From NCBI RefSeq assembly GCF_047921035.1, contig NZ_JBLRWX010000006.1, positions 2,841 through 66,840 of the forward strand: a DNA stretch of 64,000 bases. The letters are read 5' to 3'. Below the pieces are notes generated by a model. That model searched no databases. It saw nothing but the letters and a program-made list of their open reading frames with translations, and was not told the origin of the DNA. Shown one piece after another: positions 8,218-18,057 of this stretch (the stretch's first letter is position 1; every line of letters starts with the position of its first letter). The stretch is from Natronococcus sp. (lineage in GTDB: Archaea > Halobacteriota > Halobacteria > Halobacteriales > Natrialbaceae). The position numbers were made by a program, and so were the translations under genes.

Positions 8218-8949
8218 ATGCTTCCGCGGTTCGTCGGACGACTGGGTATCGCGGACGCGGTGACGATCGCCAACGCGGCGCTGGGGTTCGTCGCGATCGT
8301 CGTCGCGTTCGTCGACATCGAACTTGCGGCGCGGCTGATCCTGCTCGCGGCGATCGCCGACGGCCTCGACGGGCTGCTCGCGCGCCGCTACGGCGGCACC
8401 GAGGCGGGGCCCTACCTCGACTCGCTGGCCGACGTCGCCTCCTTCGCCGTCGCCCCCGCCGTCCTCGCGTTCGTCGTCGTCAGCGACGGGCTCGGATTGG
8501 GTTTCGACGCCGTTACCGCCGAGTTGCTCGTGGTCACGGCGATCTGTGCGCTGTTCGTCGCGATGGCCGTCACCCGGCTGGGGCTGTACACCGCCTACGA
8601 CACGGCCGGTAGCTACACGGAGGGCGTCCAGACGACGCTGGCCGCGACGATCATCGGCGCCGCCATCCTCGCGGGCGACCCCGCCGACGCGCCCGTGCTC
8701 ATTCTGGCGATCACGGCCGCCTTCACGTACCTGATGGTCTCGCGGATCCCCTATCCCGACCTGCTCGCTCGAGACGCCGCCATCATGGGGGTCGTCCACG
8801 CGCTGGCGATCCTCGTCCCGACGGCCGCCGGCCGGACCTTCCCCTACGCCCTGTTGACCCTCGGGATCGCGTACATGACGCTGAGCCCCTGGCTCTACTG
8901 GCGGCCTGACCCCCCTCGAGCCGAAACCGACCTGCATGGAAACGCTTAG
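8218..8949 (+). CDS. pssA: CDP-alcohol phosphatidyltransferase (archaetidylserine synthase PssA-like)
   Basis: Internal ATG of ORF 7603-8949. Motif DGLDGLLARRYGGTEAGPYLDSLADVASF matches D-G-x2-A-R-x8-G-x3-D-x3-D. Multiple TM helices. Confidence 0.8.
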   Translation: MLPRFVGRLGIADAVTIANAALGFVAIVVAFVDIELAARLILLAAIADGLDGLLARRYGGTEAGPYLDSLADVASFAVAPAVLAFVVVSDGLGLGFDAVTAELLVVTAICALFVAMAVTRLGLYTAYDTAGSYTEGVQTTLAATIIGAAILAGDPADAPVLILAITAAFTYLMVSRIPYPDLLARDAAIMGVVHALAILVPTAAGRTFPYALLTLGIAYMTLSPWLYWRPDPPRAETDLHGNA

Positions 8950-9015
8950 GAACGTGCTGACACGACCTGTACGTATGAACGAAGTCACGCGTCGGTGTCG
9001 TCCCCGGGTGATTCC

Positions 9016-10533
9016 ATGAGCGAGGACGAGGCGAACGGTGACGAGGAGCCGGCAGAAGAGCCGGACGAACAGGAGACGACGGCCGACGGAGAAGAATCCG
9101 AAGCGGAAAAAACGGAGGACCGAGAGGACCCCGAAGCCGGGGAAGAAGCGGAAGACGAGACCGAGGAGGCAGAGGACGAGAAAGACCTGGACGAGGACGC
9201 GAACGAACTCGAGGCGATCCGCGGCCAGTTCGACGCCTTCGAGACCCAGATCGAGGAGTTCGAGGCCGAACTCGAGGCCGCCGAGACCGAGGACGACCTC
9301 GACGAGGTCGAGCCGAAACTCGAGGCGTTCCGCGAGGAACTCGAGGAGGTCGAAATCCCCGACCCGCCCGAGGAGGACGACGACGAAGACGAGGACGAAG
9401 ACGTCGTCCACCCCGAGGAGGAGCTCCAGGACCGCTACGACGAGATCGAGGACGCTCTCGACGACCTCGAGGACGACCTCGAGGACCAGCGCGGTCCCTA
9501 CGCCGAGGACGTGATCGGGGAGATAAACGGCGTCGCCGGGACGATCACCGGCACCCGCTGGACGATCGAGGGCGAGGAGGAGCTGATCGATCCCGTCGAG
9601 GCGTTCGTCGCGGAGGCGAACGACCTGCTCGGCGCGTCCGTCGCGGTCCCCGACGACCTCGAACCGACCGAGAGCGCCGAGCTGCGCGAGGACGTTCCCG
9701 ACGAGGACGAGGGCGTCCCGGAACGACTCGCCGCGACGCTCGAGGAGGTCACCGACGCCGTCGAGGACGCCGACCTCGACCCCGACGAGGACGCCGAGAC
9801 GATCGCCGCCCTGCTCGAGGCGACCGACGACCTCGAGGACGGGGTCGAGGAGGCCACCGAGTGGACCGACCTGAAGGTCCGCGAGCAGCTCCGCCGCGAG
9901 GGCTTTTACGACGTGCTCGACCATGTCAAGGACTTCCCCCCGGAGTGGCACGCCCTCAAAGTCCACGAGAAGCGCGGCAACGTCGACATGATCCTGCTGG
10001 CGCTCGACTCGCTGGGCTCGGAGTTCATGGAGGAACACTGCATGGAAGCCCTCGAGCGAATGGGCCGCGAGGAGGCCATCGACCCGATGATCCAGAAGGC
10101 CAACCGCCGAGACACCAAGGCGATGAGCATCCTCGGGAAGATCGGCGCCGACGACGAGGAGGTCGTCGACACGCTGCTCGACTACGTCGACTCGAACATC
10201 CAGCTCCAACGCCCTGCGTTCAGGGCGCTGGGCGAGATCGGCGCCGAGGACGCCGTGCAACCGATCGCCGAGGAGCTCGCGACCAACGACAACCCCGCGG
10301 TTCGCAGCAACGCCGCGCGCTCGCTCGGGCTGATCGGTGACACCCGGGCCATCGAGCCGCTTGCCGACGTCCTCGAGGACGACGACGCCGACCGCGTTCG
10401 GGCCAGCGCCGCCTGGGCGCTCAACCAGATCGGCACGGAGGACGCACTCGAGGTCGTCGCCGACTACGCCGACGACCGCGCCTACCTCGTCCAGGCCGAG
10501 GCCGAACGGGCCGACCTCGAGCCCGCAGCCTGA
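9016..10533 (+). CDS. Highly acidic coiled-coil / HEAT-repeat (PBS-lyase-type) protein
   Basis: ORF 8995-10533, with ATG at 9016 (GTG 8995 is possible). C-terminal repeats AFRALGEIGAEDAV, AARSLGLIGDTRAIEPL, AAWALNQIGTEDAL are HEAT_PBS-like. The N-terminal half is about 45% Asp/Glu. Confidence 0.7.
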   Translation: MSEDEANGDEEPAEEPDEQETTADGEESEAEKTEDREDPEAGEEAEDETEEAEDEKDLDEDANELEAIRGQFDAFETQIEEFEAELEAAETEDDLDEVEPKLEAFREELEEVEIPDPPEEDDDEDEDEDVVHPEEELQDRYDEIEDALDDLEDDLEDQRGPYAEDVIGEINGVAGTITGTRWTIEGEEELIDPVEAFVAEANDLLGASVAVPDDLEPTESAELREDVPDEDEGVPERLAATLEEVTDAVEDADLDPDEDAETIAALLEATDDLEDGVEEATEWTDLKVREQLRREGFYDVLDHVKDFPPEWHALKVHEKRGNVDMILLALDSLGSEFMEEHCMEALERMGREEAIDPMIQKANRRDTKAMSILGKIGADDEEVVDTLLDYVDSNIQLQRPAFRALGEIGAEDAVQPIAEELATNDNPAVRSNAARSLGLIGDTRAIEPLADVLEDDDADRVRASAAWALNQIGTEDALEVVADYADDRAYLVQAEAERADLEPAA

Positions 10534-10566
10534 CCTTTAGGTACGAAGCCGCGGCCAGACGGACCG

Positions 10567-12354
10567 ATGGTCCGTCGACGAGTCGCGCTCGCCGCGACGC
10601 TGGTGCTCGTTGCCGGCCTCGGACTCCCGCTCGCGACGGCGTTCGGCGCCGACGCGACCCCCGAGCCGGGCGTCGCTGATTCTCACGCAGAACACCCGCA
10701 GCCGTCCGTCGCGTCCTCGTCCGACGAGGTCAACACCGACCTCACCTGCCCGATTCCGAACGGCTCGGTCGGGAGCGGCGACCCTGACGTCAGATCCCAG
10801 CCTCGAATCGTCGAGCTCTACCCGAACCCGACGACACACGGAAACGTCGGCGAGTATCTCGTCGTCGAGACGCCCCCAGGAACTGATCTCGAGAACTGGT
10901 CGCTCACCGACGGCCATACGACCGCACGACTCCCGAACGAGACGGTTTCCGGACGGATCGCGCTCACGACCGACCCCGAGGAAACCCGCGAGCTGACCGA
11001 CGATCCGGTCGCCGAACTCGAGGGAACCGTGCGACTCGCCGCCGACGGGGACGAACTCGAGCTTCGAGCCGGGAACCGGACGGTGGACGCGGTGACCTAC
11101 GACCGCGCACCGACGGCCGAGCGGTGGTACCGAACGCCCGGGGCCGGCGACGGCGAGTCGACCGACGGCGCTTCCGCCAGCGGCGAGTGGTGGCCCCGGG
11201 ACGCGACCTGTCTCCCGGCGTCGACCGCCGATGTCGACGAGGCGACCGCGTTCGTCCTCCCCGACAGCCCCGACGTCCCGCGGGAGACGATCCGCGAGGC
11301 CGACGACCGACTCCTGCTGGCCGGCTACACGTTCACCGACGACGACGTCGCCGACGACCTCGTCGCGGCCGCCGACCGGGGCGTCGACGTGGCGGTACTG
11401 CTCGAGTCGGGACCCGTCGGCGGTACCCCTGTAGCGACCGCGGACGTCATCGAGACGCTCGAGCGCGGCGGCGTCGACGTTCGGGTCCTCGGCGGCGAAG
11501 GGGCGCGCTACCGGTTTCACCATCCGAAGTACGCGGTCGCGGACGGGTCGGTCCTCGTAACGAGCGAGAACTGGAAGCCCTCGGGAATCGGTGGCGAGTC
11601 GAGTCGCGGCTGGGGCGTCCGTCTCGAGGACGGTCCACTCGCCGACGAGCTGGCCGCCGTCTTCCGCGCGGATTTCGAGGGCTGGGACACCGAATCGGGG
11701 GCGAGCTTTCGGGCCGACACCTCGTTCGTCGAGGACGACTCCCCGCCGCCCCGCGAGTTTTCGACGAGTCACGGGGCCGAGACCGTGCCGGTCGAGACGG
11801 CCGAACTCCTGCTCGCGCCGGAGAACGCCGAGCCGCGGCTACGGGAGCTGCTCGCCGACGCCGACGACGAGATCCTGATCAAGCAGGCCACCGTTGCCGA
11901 CGACGTCTCCCTGCTCGAGGCGACCCTCGAGGCGGCTCGACGGGGTGTCGACGTTCGAATCCTGCTCGACTCGTCGTGGTACGTCGAGGACGAACACGAG
12001 GCGCTGGCGGCCGACCTCGAGCGCACGGCCGAGGAAGAGGGCCTGTCGCTCGAGGTCAGGCTCGTCGACGACACCGACGCGTTCGAGAAGGTACACGCGA
12101 AGGGGATCGTGATCGACCGCGAGGTCGCCGTCGTCGGCAGCGCGAACTGGAACGAGAACTCGCTGCGAAACAACCGCGAGGTGTTGCTCGCCTTACACGG
12201 CCCGGAGGCGGCGTCGTACTACGCGGACGTCTTCGAGAGCGACTGGGACGGCGAGAGCTGGTCGCTGCCGTTCGAACTGTCCCTCGCGGTCGTCGCTGCG
12301 CTCGCTTGCGCTGCGGCCGTCGGCCACCGATACGTGCGGTTCGGGTCGGAATAG
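10567..12354 (+). CDS. Secreted lamin-tail-domain + dual-HKD phospholipase D-family protein with C-terminal TM anchor
   Basis: 595-aa ORF with a signal peptide (MVRRRVALAATLVLVAG...). IVELYPNPTTHGNVGEYLVVE is LTD-like. HKD motifs: HHPKYAVADGSVLVTSENW and VHAKGIVIDREVAVVGSANWN. Hydrophobic C-terminus. TATA-like ctttag lies 27-31 nt upstream. Confidence 0.8.
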   Translation: MVRRRVALAATLVLVAGLGLPLATAFGADATPEPGVADSHAEHPQPSVASSSDEVNTDLTCPIPNGSVGSGDPDVRSQPRIVELYPNPTTHGNVGEYLVVETPPGTDLENWSLTDGHTTARLPNETVSGRIALTTDPEETRELTDDPVAELEGTVRLAADGDELELRAGNRTVDAVTYDRAPTAERWYRTPGAGDGESTDGASASGEWWPRDATCLPASTADVDEATAFVLPDSPDVPRETIREADDRLLLAGYTFTDDDVADDLVAAADRGVDVAVLLESGPVGGTPVATADVIETLERGGVDVRVLGGEGARYRFHHPKYAVADGSVLVTSENWKPSGIGGESSRGWGVRLEDGPLADELAAVFRADFEGWDTESGASFRADTSFVEDDSPPPREFSTSHGAETVPVETAELLLAPENAEPRLRELLADADDEILIKQATVADDVSLLEATLEAARRGVDVRILLDSSWYVEDEHEALAADLERTAEEEGLSLEVRLVDDTDAFEKVHAKGIVIDREVAVVGSANWNENSLRNNREVLLALHGPEAASYYADVFESDWDGESWSLPFELSLAVVAALACAAAVGHRYVRFGSE

Positions 12355-12390
12355 CTCCGGCCCGCGTTCGAAACGCCGCGCCGACAAGCG

Positions 12391-12819
12391 TTAGTCCGCT
12401 CGGCCGGGTACCTCGAGGTACTTACAGCAGTCCGCCTCGGGGTCGAAACAGTCCGGACACTCCTCGGGACGGTCGATGATCGTGTCGAGCCGGTCCGCGA
12501 CGGTGTCGTCGATCACCGCCTCGAGGGCGTGGGCCTCCTCCCGGAACTCCTCGACCTCGAGGACGTTCGCGAGGAACCGTTCGATGATGCAGTAGGTCTG
12601 GAGGGCGTCGTGGGCGCGCTCGAGACCCTCATCGGTCAGGCTCGCTCCCTTGTACTTCTCGTGTTCGACCAGGCCGCGCTCCTCGAGCTTGCCGATCATC
12701 TCGTTGACGCTGGCCGGACTGACCTCGAGCAGGTCCGCGAGCGTGCCGGTCGAGGCCGGACCGTCGTCGATGCGCTGTGCGAGGTATATCGCCTTGAGAT
12801 ACTGGTCTGCAGTGTTCAT
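12391..12819 (-). CDS. DtxR/MntR-family metal-dependent transcriptional regulator (short form with Cys-rich tail)
   Basis: 142-aa ORF. DQYLKAIYL...VSPASVNEMIGKLEERGLVEHEKYKGASLTDEG is the DtxR wHTH. C-terminal ECPDCFDPEADCC. Confidence 0.85.
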   Translation of the reverse strand: MNTADQYLKAIYLAQRIDDGPASTGTLADLLEVSPASVNEMIGKLEERGLVEHEKYKGASLTDEGLERAHDALQTYCIIERFLANVLEVEEFREEAHALEAVIDDTVADRLDTIIDRPEECPDCFDPEADCCKYLEVPGRAD

Positions 12820-12886
12820 CGCGTCCCTCCGTCGGTGTCGGTCTGGCTGCGATCCGTCGGTCGTCGCCGCTCGCTCCGGGCGCCGA

Positions 12887-13381
12887 TCATGCTCTGCGCT
12901 CCATGATCTCGGTTACCTCCTCGACGCCCTCCCGTTCCTCCTCGCGAATGTCGGACAGCGTCTCGAGCAGCCGGTCGCGGTCGATGGCAAACTCGCCGTC
13001 GGAGGCCTCGATCGCCTCGATCAGATCGTCGTAGAACTTGTAGGCGGTCTCCTCGTTACAGAGCTGATCGTAGAGCACGCCGTCGGTATCCTCGGGCGGT
13101 CCGTACTGTGCGTCGACCAGGGCGTTGATCTCCTCGTAGGCGACCGTCTCGGCGTCGAGATCGTCGACCAGCGTCTCGAGGCGCTCGCGGTGTTCGGCGG
13201 ACTCCTCGGCGGCTTCTGCGAGCAGCGCCCGCACCTCGTCGTCGATCGTCTCGCGCTCGTCGGCCGGCAGCGACTCGAGGTGGTGGGCGGCGCGCGACTC
13301 GACCACCTCCTCCAGGACGACCCCGATCTGGAGGAGTCGGGCGAGCTGGTGGTCGCTCGAGACGCGCTGTCCCAGACTCAT
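12887..13381 (-). CDS. Ferritin-like / rubrerythrin-family protein
   Basis: Internal ATG (13379-13381) of ORF 12887-14215. 164-aa helical acidic protein with E-x-x-H (EESAEHRERL) and NEETAYKFY. Confidence 0.6.
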   Translation of the reverse strand: MSLGQRVSSDHQLARLLQIGVVLEEVVESRAAHHLESLPADERETIDDEVRALLAEAAEESAEHRERLETLVDDLDAETVAYEEINALVDAQYGPPEDTDGVLYDQLCNEETAYKFYDDLIEAIEASDGEFAIDRDRLLETLSDIREEEREGVEEVTEIMERRA

Positions 13382-13413
13382 ACGCGTACCGTCGGTGAGC
13401 GTGCTACTTAACT

Positions 13414-14187
13414 TCAGGCATCCCGATCCCGAGAGTCGCCGACGTACCGCCAGATGCGGCTCCCGTTCCCACCCTCGATCGTGTCGACCTGATCGAACGC
13501 GCCCTTGAGAAACCTCCACCACCCGTCGGCGGTCTCGTAGCCCGCGGGATGGATGTCGTAGAGTTCGGCGACGAACCGCGCCTTCCTCGCCCGTCCCTCG
13601 TCTCGTAGAAGCGCGATCGCGATCCCGGCGACGGTTCGTCGTTTCTCGCGCCGCTCCTCGGATCGCCCCGGTACCGAGAGTGATTCGAGATCCACGAGAT
13701 CCGCGCCGACCCGAACCGTCTTCCGCTCGAGGTCGGTCGTCGATCGGTACTCGAGGCCCGTCTCGACGTCCCGATCCAGCCGACTGCGCGTCTCGGCGAC
13801 CGCCCGCCGCGAGAGTTCGTCGAGGCGATCGAACCGGACGGTCTCGAGGACGGTCGCGTCCGTGCCGATGTCGTCCTCGGGGACCCTGACAACCCGTTCC
13901 GGGACCAGCGACGCCCCGGTTCCGTCGAGTTGCGCGACGATCTCGGCCGATCGGCTCGAGTCGTCCGCGTCCGCTTCGGTCGGAGACGAAACTCCGGGCT
14001 CGGCTTCGGTTCGGGACCGAGCAGGCTCCGGTGCTCGAGGCGCTTCTTCGTCCGTTTCCTCGAGCGCGTCCCGCCGGTCGACGATCCACCGGACGTAGGC
14101 ATCCCGGCTCTCGAATCCCAGGAGTCGTCGCTCCGCCTCGAGTTCCTCGAGCGTCTCGGCGTCGAACGCCACCGACAGCCCCGGCAT
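13414..14187 (-). CDS. Hypothetical protein (possible N-terminal ribbon-helix-helix)
   Basis: 257-aa ORF with genome-typical codon usage. N-terminal SVAFDAETLEELEAERRLLGFESRDAYVRWIV resembles a CopG-like RHH. No other motif recognised. Confidence 0.55.
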   Translation of the reverse strand: MPGLSVAFDAETLEELEAERRLLGFESRDAYVRWIVDRRDALEETDEEAPRAPEPARSRTEAEPGVSSPTEADADDSSRSAEIVAQLDGTGASLVPERVVRVPEDDIGTDATVLETVRFDRLDELSRRAVAETRSRLDRDVETGLEYRSTTDLERKTVRVGADLVDLESLSVPGRSEERREKRRTVAGIAIALLRDEGRARKARFVAELYDIHPAGYETADGWWRFLKGAFDQVDTIEGGNGSRIWRYVGDSRDRDA

Positions 14188-14213
14188 TACCGATCGGTAC
14201 CGGGCTTCGATAC

Positions 14214-14219
14214 AAAAAA
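14214..14219 (-). terminator. T6 tract downstream of sufD
   Basis: Minus strand reads gagcttttttgtatc, about 50 nt after the sufD stop. A second T4 (cgttttcg) lies closer to the stop. Confidence 0.35.
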
Positions 14220-14267
14220 GCTCGTCAGACGGACGAAAACGGCGTGTCCGAACCGCCTCGCTCGTCG

Positions 14268-15488
14268 TTAGTCGCGCTTTCGGAGCCGCGCCGCGACGAG
14301 GTCCTCGAGATCCTCCCGGAGCTCGTCGACCGCGATCTCCTCGAGCACGGGCACGAAGAACCCTTCGACGAGCATGTTGCGCGCCGAGCGCGGATCGATG
14401 CCGCGGGAGGTCATATACAGCAGATCCTCCTGGTCGATCTGGCCGACCGTTGCCGAGTGGCTGGCCTCGGTGTCGTGGTTGTTGATGATCAGCTTCGGCG
14501 AGGCGTCGGCCTCGGACTCGTCCGAGAGCATCAGCGTGTTCTCGCGCTGGTAGGAGCTGGTGTCCCAGGCGTCGCGGCCGACGTCCTGGACGCCCTCGTA
14601 CACCGAGCGGGCGACGTCGTCGGTCACGCCGCGGGTGACGAGGTCTGCCGTCGTGTGCTCGGCGCGATGCCAGACCTTCGCGTCGAGGTCGAAGTGCTGG
14701 TCGTTGTGGCCGTAGAAGGCGCCGACGATCTGGGTCTCCGAGGAGTCGCCGTTGAGCTCCGTCGAGACGCCGGACTTGGTCAGCTGGGTGCCGATGTTGA
14801 CCTCGATCCAGTTGATCGTCGCGTAGGTGTCGGCGTCGCCGCGCTTGAGCGCGAAGTTGTACGCCTCCTCCGAGAGGTTCTGGAGGCTGCCGTACTGAAC
14901 CGAACTGTTCTCGCCGGCGACGACCTCGACGATCCCGCTATAGTACTGCTCCTCGGCCTCCTCGCCGGTCGACTGACGCTCCATGATCGTGACCGAGGAG
15001 GACTCCTCGGTGACGACGAGCGTGTAGTTGAACAGCGAACTGGAGTTCTGCTCGGTCCGGATCGTCACGTCCTCGGCGTCGACGCCCTCGGGGACGTGGA
15101 TCACGGTCCCGGTGCTGAACAGCGCCGTCGACAGCGCCGTCAGGTAGTTCTCCTGGGGGTCGACGACGGAGCCGAACTGCTCCTGCAGGAGCTCCTCGTG
15201 TTCCTGGACGGCCTCGCTCCAGGGGAGGACGTCGACCTCGTCGGGGCCGACCTGATCCTTGTTCTCCGCCGCGTTCAGCGGATCGACGAGCGACTCGAAG
15301 TCGAGTTCGTGGAGGTTCGTCCAGTCGCGACCCGGCGTCCGGATGACGTCGGGCATGTCGAGCTCCTCGAGCGCCTCGAGCGCCTCGAGACGGGTCTCGA
15401 GCAGCCACTCGGGCTCGTCCAGCCCGTCGGAGATCTGGCGTACCTGTTCTTCGGTCAGATTGGCGTGTACCTGTGTTCCTGCGCTCAT
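14268..15488 (-). CDS. sufD: Fe-S cluster assembly protein SufD
   Basis: 406-aa ORF directly downstream of sufB with a 1-nt gap. C-terminal ...ASHSATVGQIDQEDLLYMTSRGIDPRSARNMLVEGF is the SufB/SufD family signature. Confidence 0.9.
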   Translation of the reverse strand: MSAGTQVHANLTEEQVRQISDGLDEPEWLLETRLEALEALEELDMPDVIRTPGRDWTNLHELDFESLVDPLNAAENKDQVGPDEVDVLPWSEAVQEHEELLQEQFGSVVDPQENYLTALSTALFSTGTVIHVPEGVDAEDVTIRTEQNSSSLFNYTLVVTEESSSVTIMERQSTGEEAEEQYYSGIVEVVAGENSSVQYGSLQNLSEEAYNFALKRGDADTYATINWIEVNIGTQLTKSGVSTELNGDSSETQIVGAFYGHNDQHFDLDAKVWHRAEHTTADLVTRGVTDDVARSVYEGVQDVGRDAWDTSSYQRENTLMLSDESEADASPKLIINNHDTEASHSATVGQIDQEDLLYMTSRGIDPRSARNMLVEGFFVPVLEEIAVDELREDLEDLVAARLRKRD

Positions 15489-15489
15489 A

Positions 15490-16920
15490 TTATCCGAGGC
15501 TCCCCTCCATCTCGAGTTCGATGAGGCGGTTGAGTTCGACCGCGTACTCGATCGGCAGTTCCTCCGTGATCGGCTCGATGAAGCCGGCGACGATCATCTT
15601 CTTGGCGTCGTCGTCGTCCAGTCCACGGGACTGGAGGTAGAAGATGTCCTCGTCGCCGATCTTGCCGACGGTCGCCTCGTGGGCGACGTCGACCTTCGAC
15701 TCCTCGATCTCCATGTACGGCATGGTGTCGGAGGTCGACTCGTTGTCGAACATCAGCGCGTCACACTCGACGGCGGTCGAGGAGTTCTCGGCGCCATCGG
15801 CGATGTGGACGAGACCGCGGTAGTTGGTGCGGCCGCCGTCCTTCGAGATCGACTTCGACTCGATGGTCGAGGACGTCTCGGGCGCGTTGTGGTAGACCTT
15901 CGCGCCGGTGTCGATGTCCTGGCCCTCGCCCGCGAAGGCGATGGTGATGTGGGTGTCCGTCGAGCCGCGACCCTTGAGGATCGTACACGGATAGAGCATG
16001 GTCGCTTTCGAGCCCATGCTGCCGGAGACCCACTCCATCGTCGCGTTCTCCTCACAGATCGCACGCTTGGTGTTGAGGTTGAACGTGTTCTTCGACCAGT
16101 TCTGGACGGTCGAGTACTGAACGTGGGCGTCTTCGCCGACGAACACCTCGACGCCCCCGCTGTGGAGGTTGTGGGTGCCGTACTTCGGCGCGGAACAGCC
16201 CTCGATGTAGTGGACCTCCGAGCCCTCCTCGGCGATGATGAGCGTGTGCTCGAACTGGCCCATCCCCTCGGAGTTCATCCGGAAGTACGCCTGGACGGGC
16301 ATCTCGACGGTGACGTCCTCGGGGACGTAGACGAACGAGCCGCCCGACCAGACGGCGCCGTGGAGCGCGGCGAACTTGTTGTCGCTCGGGGGGACGCAGG
16401 TCGTCATGAAGTGCTCCTTGACGAGCTCGGGGTGCTCCTGGACCGCGCGGTCCATGTTCATGAAGATGACGCCCTTCTCCTCCCACTGCTCCTGCATGTT
16501 CTGGTAGACGACTTCGGACTCGTACTGGGCGCCGACGCCCGAGAGGGCGTTCTTCTCGGCTTCCGGGATGCCCAGCTTGTCGAAGGTGTCCTTGATCTCG
16601 TCGGGGAGTTCGGTCCAGTCGTCGACGCCCTCGCGCTTGTCGACGTCCGGGCGAATGTAGGGAACGATCTCCTCGATGTCGAGTTCGGTCAGGTCCGGCT
16701 GACCGGGCCAGTCGGTCGGCATCGGCATGTTCTGGTACTGCTTGAGCGCGCGCAGACGCCGCTCGAGCATCCAGTCGGGCTCGTCCTTGTCATCCGAGAT
16801 CATCCGGATGACCTCTTCGGTCAGGCCCTTGTCGGACTTGACGGCGGCGTTCTGCTCCTTCTTGAACTCGAAGCGCGCCTCGGTGTCGGTTTCTTTGAGG
16901 TGGTCTTGTTCGGAACTCAT
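15490..16920 (-). CDS. sufB: Fe-S cluster assembly protein SufB
   Basis: 476-aa ORF. ...HYIEGCSAPKY..., VAHEATVGKIGDEDIFYLQSRGLDDDDAKKMIVAGF. Confidence 0.93.
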   Translation of the reverse strand: MSSEQDHLKETDTEARFEFKKEQNAAVKSDKGLTEEVIRMISDDKDEPDWMLERRLRALKQYQNMPMPTDWPGQPDLTELDIEEIVPYIRPDVDKREGVDDWTELPDEIKDTFDKLGIPEAEKNALSGVGAQYESEVVYQNMQEQWEEKGVIFMNMDRAVQEHPELVKEHFMTTCVPPSDNKFAALHGAVWSGGSFVYVPEDVTVEMPVQAYFRMNSEGMGQFEHTLIIAEEGSEVHYIEGCSAPKYGTHNLHSGGVEVFVGEDAHVQYSTVQNWSKNTFNLNTKRAICEENATMEWVSGSMGSKATMLYPCTILKGRGSTDTHITIAFAGEGQDIDTGAKVYHNAPETSSTIESKSISKDGGRTNYRGLVHIADGAENSSTAVECDALMFDNESTSDTMPYMEIEESKVDVAHEATVGKIGDEDIFYLQSRGLDDDDAKKMIVAGFIEPITEELPIEYAVELNRLIELEMEGSLG

Positions 16921-16981
16921 AATTGGTATGTATTCGTGTTTACGGCTGTAGCGTTATTACGGTTGTTCTAGTCGAATCCGG

Positions 16982-17893
16982 TTACGCCGTGCCGTAGACC
17001 TCTTCGCGGACCCAGTCGTACCCCTTGTCCTCGAGCTCCTCGGCGAGCGAGGCGTCGCCACTCTTTGCGATCTGGCCGTCGAGCATCACGTGGACGTGAT
17101 CGGGCTCGACGTAGTCGAGGATGCGCTGGTAGTGGGTGATCTGGAGGATCCCGGTGCCCTGCTCGTCGCGCAGGGCGTTGATCCCGTTCGAGACGTCCTG
17201 CAGGCGGTCGATGTCGAGCCCGGAGTCGATCTCGTCTAAGACGGCGACCGACGGCTCGAGGATGGCGGCCTGGAGGACCTCGTTCTGTTTCTTCTCCCCG
17301 CCGGAGAAGCCGGCGTTGAGGTATCGCTGGGCGAACCGCTCGTCCATGTCCAGCTGCTCCATCTTCTCCTGGAGGATCTGCTGGAACTCGGCGACGCCGA
17401 CCTCACCTTCGTCGACGTCGCCCTCCATCGGCGACGTCTCGAAGCCTTCGTCCTCCTCCTCTTCTGCTTCCGCTTCGTCCTCGTCCTCGAAGAGCTCCTC
17501 GCGCTCCTCGATCTTGGCGTTCAGCGCCGTGCGGAGGAAGTTCGTCATCGTGACGCCCTCGATCTCGGCGGGGTACTGGAAGCCCAGGAAGACGCCCAGT
17601 GCTGCGCGCTCGTTGGGCTCGAGTTCGAGCAGGTTCCAGGTGCGCTGGTCCTCGTCGATCTCGATATCCTCGCCGAACTCGTCTTCCTCGAGGTGGATCA
17701 GGACCTCGCCCTCGGTGACCTCGTAGGCCGGGTGGCCGGCGATGACCTTCGCGGTCGTCGACTTCCCGGAGCCGTTGGGCCCCATCAGGGCGTGGATCTC
17801 GCCCGACTCGACCTCGAGGTCGACGCCCTCGAGGATCTTCTCGTCACCGTCCGCCACTTCCGCGTGCAGGTTGCGTAGTTCGAGGCGTGCCAT
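16982..17893 (-). CDS. sufC: Fe-S cluster assembly ATPase SufC
   Basis: Internal ATG (17891-17893) of ORF 16982-17983. [13 protein letters not shown], Walker [13 protein letters not shown] signature FSGGEKK, Walker [12 protein letters not shown]. Contains an acidic insertion. Confidence 0.93.
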   Translation of the reverse strand: MARLELRNLHAEVADGDEKILEGVDLEVESGEIHALMGPNGSGKSTTAKVIAGHPAYEVTEGEVLIHLEEDEFGEDIEIDEDQRTWNLLELEPNERAALGVFLGFQYPAEIEGVTMTNFLRTALNAKIEEREELFEDEDEAEAEEEEDEGFETSPMEGDVDEGEVGVAEFQQILQEKMEQLDMDERFAQRYLNAGFSGGEKKQNEVLQAAILEPSVAVLDEIDSGLDIDRLQDVSNGINALRDEQGTGILQITHYQRILDYVEPDHVHVMLDGQIAKSGDASLAEELEDKGYDWVREEVYGTA

Positions 17894-17933
17894 AGTAGTC
17901 TGTCGTGTGAACCGTGGGTCGTCCGCCTGATAA

Positions 17934-18057
17934 CGGTTTCGTATGCGATTGGATACGGTTTCGAATAACCAAGAATATTTCACCGAACGAGAAGCGACGA
18001 GGAGCGATCCGAAACTCCGTCCCGTCGACGGTTTCGGGCCGTCGGACGGTGAAACCG
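17934..18057. promoter_or_regulatory. Four copies of heptamer CGGTTTC (three direct, one inverted) between the polB stop and the sufC start
   Basis: cggtttc at 17934-17940, 17956-17962 (22-nt spacing, shared context a.acggtttcg.at) and 18029-18035; gaaaccg at 18051-18057. An AT-rich TATA candidate lies at 17962-17985. Confidence 0.3.

Noticed and set aside
16921-16981. AT-rich 61-nt sufC-sufB spacer with ttacgg repeats, considered as an internal promoter or small RNA.
   Set aside because: It is too short and lacks a clear TATA-to-ATG geometry. It is most simply an intercistronic spacer within the sufCBD operon.
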